Origin: Stegostoma tigrinum | Taxonomy: Eukaryota | Direction: 5' to 3' | Length of the DNA: 64,000 bases | Assembly (NCBI RefSeq): GCF_030684315.1 | Contig: NC_081380.1 | Span: 17,799,398 to 17,863,397, forward strand | In this document: in pieces, positions 23,601-35,600 of the stretch | Layout of the letters: the number at the start of each line of letters is the position of its first letter | Numbering within the stretch: position 1 is the stretch's first letter | Position numbers and translations under genes: made by a program | The notes under the pieces: model-generated | The model's database searches: none | Seen by the model: only the letters and a program-made list of their open reading frames with translations | What the model was told of the DNA's origin: nothing

Positions 23601-26600
23601 GTCTATGAAAACTAAATATCAGTGAGGAGGATGCTATTGAGCAAGTACAGTCTATTAAATCTGAGGCAAGTAATCAAGTGTAAGAAGTGTTAATATTTTT
23701 CAGGCATTATTTTCCTCCTCTTTAGTCTTTCAAACAGCTTAATGTGTAATGAAGGTAAGGAAAACAAATATTGATCAGTCTTTGTAAAAAGCCATATTGG
23801 TTATATTTTTTGTAATGAAGCCAGAGCTTACACTTAGAATTTCGATTCAAAATATGAACTAACAAAAACATCAACCTCAGTCATTTATTTAACATTGATT
23901 ATGTTGAAGCAAAGGGAATGCTACCCTAAACATCGCCTTGCAGCCAAGAGGTACATTTGGCACTCAGAAAAATATTCATTTCTCAGAATTAAGGATTATT
24001 AGAGGGGAAAAAAATTGCTAGATCTGTGTGAGATGACTAGTGAATGAGGAAATGTCTTTGTGTTCTCCAAAGTATGAACATTGCCTGATTTTGCAATTGT
24101 GACACCCCTATTACAGTTAATGCTTAGGTCATTACAGCTTGGGAACAGCAAGTGGAATCTTATTATCACAGGTCACTTGTTTAGCTTGAATAGTTTACAG
24201 TAAGCTAATTATACAATGAAAATACCTGTGTAGTATACACATTCATCCCAGCCAGGCTTCTGCCATGCTGAATTCCGTGTTTCATCTCTTGATTGCAAGT
24301 CCTTGTAAGCTTCAAAAAGAAAGTATGATATCTGGAATGAATAATTAAATTTACAACACTATTGTGGAAATTATTTTACAGAAATTAAAAACCATTTGAA
24401 GATCTGAAAGATATCAAATTTACAATTCAGAATTCTAACATTAGTCATATCGTTTTAAAATTCAAGCTGTAAGTATCAATTGTATTTTGCCAGTTACTGC
24501 CAAAGCAGTCTGAAATAACTAGAGGCCAGTATCCTGTCACTAAGTAACTATTTACTTAGACGTGGGAAGTGCTTAACACTGATCCAGCTTCCTCAAGAGT
24601 GAACAGAACTTTGGACACTGTTTATATCCAGCAGCTAGGGCTCCCTGATTGGACCAGGTTAACAGCCCAAATCAGGGATCTCATTCTTTTATGTTCACTG
24701 GGGCTAAGTCAAAGGTCATAGGCCAGTTCTCTTTTTTATGAAACCTGTCCTCGGGTGTGTTAACACTGGGTCAGGTTCCTCTAAATCTGCCTCTAACACG
24801 CTCAGTACCTGCCTCTTGCACTTGGAGAATCTTGGAAGAAATTCATTCTCCACTTCAGGTGGCAATGGCATCAAGGCAAAGGCATCTGCTGTGTCCAGCT
24901 CAGATTCAGAGGTATCTTCAATACTTGACAGAGAGGAATAACCCACAGTTTCCAGAACAGGTGGAAAGGCTGTCCAAGAGCCAGGCACAATTTCCTCCGA
25001 CACCATTCGCTAGCTTGTATCTTTCATTTGGTCCACATGCTTGTTCAGGTCCTTGTAGCTACCTGCACTTTTTACATCACTGGATGTGACCTCTTTACCA
25101 GGGAGAAAGGTGAAATAACTCCAGTGGCTGATATCCTGTCACCATGTCACCTTTTATTTATAAATGGAGAATTCTTGACACTGAGCCAGATTCCTCCAAC
25201 CAGCTCTCAAGGGTGAACAGAATCTCTGACACTCCTGTTTATACCTATCAGCCTGGACTCCTTAATTAGACCAGGTTAACAGCAATCAGGGAACTTATAT
25301 TCTATGATGCCCATCTGACTGATCTTGTTACAAACACTGCACAAGCTGCTTAGTAAACTATGCAAATTTACAATTCCAAGTGCTATTCAATGGGAGAGGA
25401 GGAGTAAGCAGACACTGTACATGCTAAAAGATATTATGAAACTTATTGGAATACAGCACAAACAGAGAGGTAGGTCAAACAGAAAATGAAAGATAGCACC
25501 ATCTTGCATTCCAAGCCTCCACTCTAAGACACAGTAATAGTGGTTCTCCAAAGTGAAAGTCAAGTTAATTTCACCTGTGACTACATGGAGGATAATTTAA
25601 TTAAGAACACTGACATTAAATTTGATGGAGTCTATCAATGCTGATAACATTAAAAGAGGAAAATATATATATTTAGAATGCAAACATAAAAGCAGAATCT
25701 ACTGAAAGAAACAGTTGATAGCTTCCCTCTGTACACAGAAAAACAGATGGTGAAACTTCAAACACAGACAGATAACCATGAATGTTAGTAAAGTTGGAAA
25801 GAGTGAAAAATGGAGAAAACAAACAAAATTTTAAATAAGGTCAGAGTGGAAAAAAGAAAAGATAGGATGTAGGCAGAAGTAATTTGGTTAGGTGGACAAG
25901 GAGAATTTTATCATGATTCTAAGGACAAGGTAGCAATGTACTGTTTGGGGTCAGGATCAACTGGAGATGATAGAAGACAGACATCATGATAAACCCAATT
26001 GGACTGAAATATGGTATGGTGCTCAATAATAGAACTGAATTGGTGGCAAGAAAGTTGGGGTTCGCTCTCGGCAAGGTGAAAATGCAATAGCAACTTCTTT
26101 GGTCAATACCATGAATACTTGGGTTGAAATTAGATCCTGATAATAAATGAACAACAAATAAATTCCCACAATACAGAGCATCCCATGTGCAACGTAAAGA
26201 CGAAGAACAACGTAAAGACGAAGAACAACGTATATCACGATGCAGGTGGAGTTGGTATTCTCCAACTACCTCAGCTCTGTTAACCATTTAGCAAAAAAAT
26301 TATTCCACTTTCAGAGTCATATGCCAATAATTGTACTCCTTAGGCAGTTAACACACACACAAAAGAACAAAATCAGAGAAGATCTTTTTGATTTCTTCAA
26401 CATTATGATTGACAAGTTGCATTTTGAAAAATGATCAACTTAAGTTTTGCAAAAGGTGCAAAGAAACACGAAAACACTGACTGATAGGATTTATTTACCC
26501 CATAGATGATGCACTGTGTACAGCTCACCAATCTGAGAGAAGAAGCCACCAACTGCTTCATTGTTCTCTTGTCGATATCGAATAGCACGAGCCCTGTGAA

Positions 26601-29600
26601 AATTAAATGAATCAAAACTAAATGAAACTAAAAACATATGAATAATTAATTTATTTCAAGCAACTAAAGCATCAGAACTTAGCCTTTGATTCTTTTCATT
26701 GAATGATTTGACCACTGAAGCTGATGTTTGATTCTTGAATAAACGAATATCTTAATAGATTTCTGAAAACTCAAATGTAAGGTGGAAACTGATTATACGA
26801 AATTTCAAGTTATTCAACATGCAGTTTTCATAATCAATTTAGTTTTGTATAAATTAACGTTGAAGTATGATTGCTTTACACCAATAACACTATGCACAAC
26901 ACTTACAGTATTTTAAATTCTGAATGGAGACTGGCTCAATAACTCAATGACCTTTCACCCAACCAAAATCCTCAAATATAAAAGCAGCTGCAACATTAAA
27001 TTTTAAACAGTTAAAACAAGATTTTCAACTTTGAAGTATACATGCACATTAAACTAAAGGGAAGGGATATTTAGTGCATTTTTCTTATAACAAAGATGCA
27101 GGCAGAATGGATAATATGAATAACATTGAAGTAGTTCGCACTTATGGTCATGTAATTCATTTTTTAAAATAGGGAAAAATGATTCCTACTTCTAGTTCAT
27201 TCGATTATCAAATTCATTAGCTGATTTTGGTATCCAATTCTGTTGGCTCTCAAAACATCAACTTTAATTTTATCCATTAAACAAATAAAAAGGTACATTT
27301 GGTGAATATTTATGTACCGAAATAGCTACATAACATGGTACAGTACAAGACACTTGTGATGGCTCGGAGATATCCAACAAGACTCACTCTTTGGTTCTTA
27401 TCCAATAGCCCTGTAAATGTTTTCGCTTCAAGCTTTGTTTCAATTTCTTAAGATTTATTATTCATTTGACTTTGCTTATTGTTTCAGACAGTGCATTCAG
27501 ATCACACAACTTACCGAGTAAAATTCACCTCAATATTGGATCTTTTGCCCTATTACCATGACACTGTATTGCCTGGCTAGCAATCCTTTTGACACTAATT
27601 CAACTTATTTATTTACGTCAATACCATTTATGGTTTCCAATCCCACACCATATACCCCTTTAAACTTCTGTTTCAAAGAGAACATCCCCAATTCTATAGT
27701 CTCAACAGAGCCCCTTATCCCTAGTATCATTCTAAAAAGGTCCAAGTTCAAATCAAAGGTGACAGTCCAGTCTAGTACCGAGTGTGTGTTGTGCTATCAG
27801 ACAAGTCAAACTGATTTCGGAGATTCCTCTCTACCATCTTAGTGAGCCTATAAGCACTTTTCAGAAGAAAAAACGTAAGAGTCATCTCCATGTCCTCACC
27901 AAAATTTGTCAATTCTGATCATTAGCATATTGTTTGTATGAGCTTGTTGTCCACTTCAAAAACACTTCACTGTCAACAACATGTTTCTAGATGTGCTGTA
28001 TTATTGCAAGTCTTTATGCTGGCTCCATTAAACCTCTTCTGCACCCCCACCAAGACTGTGATATACTTCCTAAAGTATAACTCTGAAGACTGAACACAAA
28101 AATCCAGTTGATCCCTAACCAGTGTTTTACATATTTGCTCGCTTTTGTAATTTCACAGAAGTAAAAAAAAAACGATGGGCAATATTTGCTAGCCTACCCA
28201 GTGAATGAAGAAATAAAAACCCTACACTTGTCAATTTCACACTTTTTCTTTTAGAAGGCCTTCTCCATTTATCCTTCACAGATATGAGAACATTCATCTC
28301 AAAGTCTCTTAGTTTCTGTACCCCTTTAATTTGGGTTGTCTTTCTTCATTCTTTGTACCAAAATGTGTCACCTCACATGACCAAATGCAAAATTACATCT
28401 GCCACGGCTCTGCCTAATTCACTTGTCTATGCCAACCCAAACTGTTATCATTCACCCACTGCTTACTAAATTCCAAGGTTCATATCACCTGTGGCCTCTG
28501 GAATCTTACCTACACACAACATTACATTTCTGAACTTCTAAGAATTTATGTTTATTTTCTTTTATTCTTCATTAAACACTTTCGTTAAATGCTTGTGTTG
28601 AATTTATCTCAATATAAAAATATTCAGAATATCTATCTTGAAGTACTACTAGACAAAATAAAGCATCTCAAGAGAAATGTCCTCAATTACCATCATTACT
28701 CATTTTACAATTCCACAACAATTTATATGCAAATTATTACAATTTTGCTTCAAGTTAAATTCTGTTAGTCTCCTTCTAATACATTACAAATATAATGCTT
28801 CAATTGTATCGTCATCAAGAAATCAACGAATGGAGCATCTGTGCTGATATTCTCATTAAATGGTCTTAAATTGGTTGCAGCACAGCAACTTACTGCTTGA
28901 CGCACTGTTCACTCTTTCCCTTAGAATACAGAACATAGAACAGTACAGCACAGTGCAGGCCCTACAGCCCACGATGTTGTGCTGAACTTTTACTCGAAAC
29001 CTAAGGTCTATCTAACCTCCACCCCTAACTTATACTATCATTCATATACCAATCTTATAACTGCTTAAATGCCCCTAATGAGGTCAACTTCACTATCCTC
29101 TCCGGAAATGCATTCCACTCCCCTACTACTCTCCGAGTAAAGAACCAACCTCTGACGTCTCCCCGATATGTACCTCCTGTTTGAAATTTTTTGATTGCAA
29201 GTTGCTGGAAGTACGAACCAATAATTTCAATAGGGCCCCTGAAAGCTTGGTGGATGATAACTTGTTGGTTTCATCTCCTTAAATCAATGAGTTTTAAGGA
29301 TAAACAGAAAAGGAAATAGTGTGAACTAGATTCAAATTAGGTACAGAAAGAAAAACAGAACCAGAACCACGAAGAAAAACTGGATTGAGAGAAAGATAAA
29401 ATAGAGACATTAGGGGAAACAAGCTTTTTTAATTAAAAAAAAAGCCCAAGAACCACATACTACTTGCAGGAATGAGACCCCACAATTCAGTTGTTCCTTT
29501 CAGGGCCACAGTATCAGCGTGGGATTTCAAGTACACAAATATTTCCATTACAGGCTATAAACATAAAGGTCAGCTCTAATTTGCTGCAGCAAACTTAACT

Positions 29601-32600
29601 CATATTTAATACACAAATACAACAAGCTCTTGAAATTCACAAGGAGATTGATGACAAATTATAGCTTTTGGGAGTTCTGTTGAGCAGTACAAATCATCCA
29701 ACAAATCACAGCACATGGGCTGTTTCTTTGTCACAAATTATGAAACAATTTACATACTAATAATGGTGCTCACATAAAATTCACTCTCACCTTCCATGCA
29801 TTTTCTAGGCCATCACCCACTACACTCAAAGTATGAATTCAGTAAACTCTCAATAAACAATTAGTAGATGAAAACGATTCTGAACTGGCATTGGAGTCAA
29901 TGTTATAATGACTTGATAATTCCTGGATAACCATTGGGTCCCCTGCATTTCTCAATAATATTAATTTTAAGCAAAATACTTCCATCGCCATGTCAATGTT
30001 AACAAGGATCAGGGCTGATACAGATGCCGATTCAGTAAGTGACAATAGATCTATTGTGGCATTTCATCATCAACAACATGCACTTGAAAGTTGCCGCAAA
30101 CTAATAAAATTCCCAAAGTACCTAATTAACAAGAAACAGTAACAAAAAAGGTGCAATTCTCAACATCTTATGCAAGGGAACTATTTACCAATCAAACTTG
30201 TAACACACTATGATAGAATCATGCTCCCCTGCTCTTCTGTCATAACCTAATCCTGTTAGCACCCCCAACTATGTTTCCTATTCACTTTTCGAAGTTATTA
30301 AAAGGCTCCTAGTAGGGGTATGAATTGAAACAAGAGTCATATCACAAAGATGGAATTCAGCAACCTAGGAATCTCACCCAAGAATCAAATTGTTGTTTCG
30401 TTTAAAAAACATCAAACATGGAATATAGGCATCACTTTTGGCATGTGGTCATGGAGTCACAAGTGACAACGAAGCAGTACAGTTGCTTGTTGTCAGTATT
30501 CATTTGGAAGTTGACTGCATAACTACAGAAGATATTGTTGACTAACAAGGTATAAACCATGAAGAGGTGCAAGCTGAAGGTATCCCTGAAATCACTATTG
30601 CAGGAGATACTTTTAGGAATGTGGAAGCTACTTTAGTGAAATAGAAATGGAACTTAACGAATCAATGGTAGTGAACAACTGAGAACTTATGGAGCAGGGC
30701 AGATTAGATAGTATTTACAGCTGGTTACAAAGTTTAAATGGCAACTTTTGTGGTGCAGTCAGGTTAGAATTTTTCTGTTTCAATTAGGGTTAATGAGAAA
30801 AATGAACACATAAATAGATAATAAGAATTGGTTAAAAACATTCTTATGAAAACTGAGGATAGGCATAAAATAACTGATTAAATATGGAGAGTTTTCTGAA
30901 GAAAAATTAGGAATTCTTTAGTGACTACAAATATCAAAGGGTTAATGGGACAACATTTTCCAACCATTACTGGTAAATAACCTTGCAATGGAAATGGAAC
31001 GTTACATACAACAGGACAAATTGTACAACAGTGTTAATATGCCACTCACCAGTTATTACCCCATTCAATCATTGTTCCTGGCTGAAAAAAAATGATACCA
31101 ATATTAAAATAAGAGTCAAAATATAATTTACAAATATATAATGGAACAAGATCTTAATTTTTCAGACAAATATCTCATGATTTGGCTGTTCGATGACTTC
31201 GGTGTTGTGGTCATTTCAGAGACATGGATAGAGCAGGGTCAAGAATGGATGTTGCAGGTTCCAGGGTTTAGATCTTTCAGTAAGGTCAGGGAAAGTGGTA
31301 AAAGAGGGGGAGGTGTGGCTTTGTTAGTCAAGGACAGCATAACGGCGGCTGGAAGAACTTTTGATGAGGACTCGTCTACTGAGGTGGTACGGGCTGAGGT
31401 CAGAAACAGGAGAGGAGAGGTAACACTGCTGGGAGGTTTTTTTATAGGCCCCCGCAAAGTTCCAGGGATGCAGAGGAGAGGATTGGCAAAACTATTCTGG
31501 GCAGGAGTGAAAAGAACAGGGTGGTCATTATGGGAGACTTTAACTTCCCTAACATTGACTGGAAATGCTATAACTCTAGTAGGTCGGATGGATCAGTTTT
31601 TGTCCAACGTGTGCAGGAGGGTTTCCTGACTCAGTAAGTCGAAGGGCCGACAAGAGGAGAGGCCACGCTGGATCTGGTACTTGGTAATGAACCAGGCCAG
31701 GTGTTTGATTTAGTGGTAGGTGAGCACTTTGGATAGAGTGACCATAATTCGGTTATGTTACTTTAGCAATGGAAAGGGATAGGAACATGCCACAGGGCAA
31801 GAGTTATAGATGGGGGAAGGGCAATTATAATGCGATTAGGCAAGACTTAGGAGGCATAGAAAGGGTGAGCAAAATGCAGGATATGGGGACAATCGAAATG
31901 TGGAGCTGGTTTAAGGAACAGATATTGCGTGTCCTTAATAGGTATGTCCCTGTCAGGCAGGGAGGAAGCGATAAGGTAAGGGAACCGTAGTTTACTAAAG
32001 AAATTGTATCTCTTGTTAAGCAGAAGAGGGAGGCTTATGTGACGATGAGCCGAGATTGTTCAGATGAGGCAATGGAGAGTTAAGAGGAGCAAGGAGGGGA
32101 CATGAGCAGACATTGGCAGTAGAATAAAGGACAACCCTAAAGCTTTCTATAGGTATGAGAGGAATAAGAGGATGATTAGGGTAGGAATAGGGCCAGTCAA
32201 AGATAGAAGTGGGAAGTTGTGTGTGGACCCTGTGGAGATTGGAGAGGTGCTAAATGATTATTTCTCAACTGTTTTCACTGAGAAACAGGAGAACATTGTA
32301 GAGGAGGTGACTGAGTTAAGGGCTACTAGAATTGAAAGGATTAAGGTTAGTAAGGAGGAGGTGTTGTTATCAATTCTAGAAGGTGTGAAGGTAGATAAAT
32401 CCCCTGGGCCAGATGGGGTTTTTCCGAGGATTGTCTGGGAAGCTAGGGAGGTGGTGACAGAGACTTTGGCCTGGATCTTTGAGTCCTCATTGTCTACAGG
32501 TTCAGTACCAGAGGACTGGAGGATTGCAAATGTTGTGCCCTTGTTCAAGAAGGGCAGTAGGGATGACCCAGGTAATTACAGACCTGTGAGCCTTACGTCT

Positions 32601-35600
32601 GTTGTAGGAAAAGTTTTGGAAAGGATTATAAGAGATAGGATTTATAATCATCTAGCAAGCAACAATTTGATAGGAGATAGTCAGCATGGATTCGTCAAGG
32701 GCAGGTAGTGTCTCACAAACCTCTGAGTTTTTTGAGAAGGTGACCAAGCATGTGGATGAGGGTAGGGCAGTTGACGTGGTGTACATGGACTTCAGTAAAG
32801 CCTTTTGATAAGGTTCCACATGGTGGGCTATTGGAGAAAATACAGAGACACGGGATTGAGGGAGATTTCGCAGTTTGGTTTAAGAAACTGGCTTTCTGTA
32901 AGAAGGCAACGAGTGGTGGTTGATGGAAAATATTCAGCCTGGAGTCTGGTTACTAGTGGTGTGCCTCAAGGATCTGTTTTGGGACCACTGCTGTTTGTCA
33001 TTTCTATAAATGACTTGGACGCAGGCATTGGTGGATGGGTTAGTAAGTTTGTGGATGACACTAAAGTCAGTGGAGTGGTGGACAGTGTGGAAGAATGTTG
33101 CAGGGAGACTTGGATAAACTGCAGAATTGGGCCAAAAGGTGGCAAATGGAGTTTAATACGGAAAAATGTGAGGTGATTCATTTTGGGAGGAATAATAGGA
33201 AGGCAGAATACCGGGTCAATGGAAAGATTCTTGCTAGTGTAGATGTGCAGAGGGATCTTGGTGTCCATGTACATAGATCCCTGAAAGTTGCCACCCAGGT
33301 TGATAGTGCTGTTCAGAAGGCTTACGGCGTTTTAGGTTTTATTGGTAGAGGGATTGAGTTCTGGAGCTGCGGTGTCATGCTGCAAGTGTACAAAACGCTA
33401 GTGCAGCCTCACTTGGAACACGGTGTGCAGTTCTGGTCGCCCCATTACAGGAAGGATGTGGAAGCATTGGGAAAGGTGCAGAGGAGATGTGGTGTGGCCT
33501 GGCCTGGAGCGCAGGCCCTATGAAGAAAGGCTGAGGGACTTGGGTCTGTCCCCATTGGAGCGAAGGAGGCTAAGAGGGGATTTAATAGAGACATACAGGG
33601 ATATCAGAGGATTAGACAGGGTGGGCAGTGAGGGTCTTTTTCTGAGGATGATGACTTCAGCTTGTACAAGGGGGCAAAACTGCAAATTGAGGGGTGGTAG
33701 ATTTAAGACAGATGTCAGAGGCAGGTTCTTTACTCAGAGTGGTAAGGGCGTGGAACGCCCTGCCTGCCAATGTAGTTAGCTCAGCCACATTAGGGGCATT
33801 TGAACAGTCCTTGGATAAGCATATGGATAATGATGGGATAGTGTAGGGGGAGGGGCTTAGATTAGTTCACAGGTCGACACAACAACGAGGGCCAAAGGGC
33901 CTGTTCTGTGCTGTATTGTTCTATGTTCTAAAGAACTTTTGTTTAAACATACAAATTATGAACTGCCCTGTTAGTTTTTCAAACCTTTCTCACATTCCTT
34001 ACCCCTTAAGCTCAAAGTCTGTATTTCCTTGATGTATAATTAGTGCTGAAGTGCATTGAGTGTAGGTCATCTACATAACTGGGCACAGAGTCTACAGGTC
34101 TATTGTTGTGTGCATATGGTTAAAAAAAACATAATATGGTGGGAGATAATGGGAACTGCAGATGCTGGAGATTCCAAGATAATAAAATGTGAGGCTGGAT
34201 GAACACAGCAGGCCAAGCAGCATCTCAGGAGCACAAAAGCTGACGTTTCGGGCCTAGACCCTTCATCAGAGAGGGGGATGGGGGGAGGGAACTGGAATAA
34301 ATAGGGAGAGAGGGGGAGGCGGACCGAAGATGGAGAGCAAAGAAGATAGGTGGAGAGGGTGTAGGTGGGGAGGTAGGGAGGGGATAGGTCAGTCCAGGGA
34401 AGACGGACAGGTCAAGGAGGTGGGATGAGGTTAGTAGGTAGCTGGGGGTGCGGCTGGGGGTGGGAGGAAGGGATGGGTGAGAGGAAGAACCGGTTAGGGA
34501 GGCAGAGACAGGTTGGACTGGTTTTGGGATGCAGTGGGTGTGGGGGAAGAGCTGGGCTGGTTGTGTGGTGCAGTGGGGGGAGGGGATGAACTGGGCTGGT
34601 TTAGGGATGCAGTGGGGGAAGGGGAGATTTTGAAACTGGTGAAGTCCACATTGATACCATATGGCTGCAGGGTTCCCAGGCGGAATATGAGTTGCTGTTC
34701 CTGCAACCTTCGGGTGGCATCATTGTGGCAGTGCAGGAGGCCCATGATGGACATGTCATCAAGAGAATGGGAGGGGGAGTGGAAATGGTTTGCGACTGGG
34801 AGGTGCAGTTGTTTGTTGCGAACTGAGCGGAGGTGTTCTGCAAAGCGGTCCCCAAGCCTCCGCTTGGTTTCCCCAATGTAGAGAAAGCCGCACCGGGTAC
34901 AGTGGATGCAGTATACCACATTGGCAGATGTGCAGGTGAACCTCCCTCACCCCCATCCCAGGCCCCAAGATGACATTCCACATTAAGCAGAGGTTCACCT
35001 GCACATCTGCCAATGTGGTATACTGCATCCACTGTACCCGGTGCGGCTTTCTCTACATTGGGGAAACCAAGCGGAGGCTTGGGGACCGCTTTGCAGAACA
35101 CCTCCGCTCAGTTCGCAACAAACAACTGCACCTCCCAGTCGCAAACCATTTCCACTCCCCCTCCCATTCTCTTGATGACATGTCCATCATGGGCCTCCTG
35201 CACTGCCACAATGATGCCACCCGAAGGTTGCAGGAACAGCAACTCATATTCCGCCTGGGAACCCTGCAGCCATATGGTATCAATGTGGACTTCACCAGTT
35301 TCAAAATCTCCCCTTCCCCCACTGCATCCCTAAACCAGCCCAGTTCATCCCCTCCCCCCACTGCACCACACAACCAGCCCAGCTCTTCCCCCACACCCAC
35401 TGCATCCCAAAACCAGTCCAACCTGTCTCTGCCTCCCTAACCGGTTCTTCCTCTCACCCATCCCTTCCTCCCACCCCCAGCCGCACCCCCAGCTACCTAC
35501 TAACCTCATCCCACCTCCTTGACCTGTCCGTCTTCCCTGGACTGACCTATCCCCTCCCTACCTCCCCACCTACACCCTCTCCACCTATCTTCTTTGCTCT

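Noticed and set aside
31195-33930. CR1 ORF2 as an active element
   Set aside because: 5'-truncated with several stops and frameshifts, and an altered catalytic motif (FVDD).
34494-35440. Mirror-image ORF pairs (34494-34919/34970-35440, 34513-34881/35053-35421) as host genes or a sense-antisense gene pair
   Set aside because: They are a by-product of the inverted Penelope arms; only the GIY-YIG frame is meaningful, and it lacks RT and a native start.
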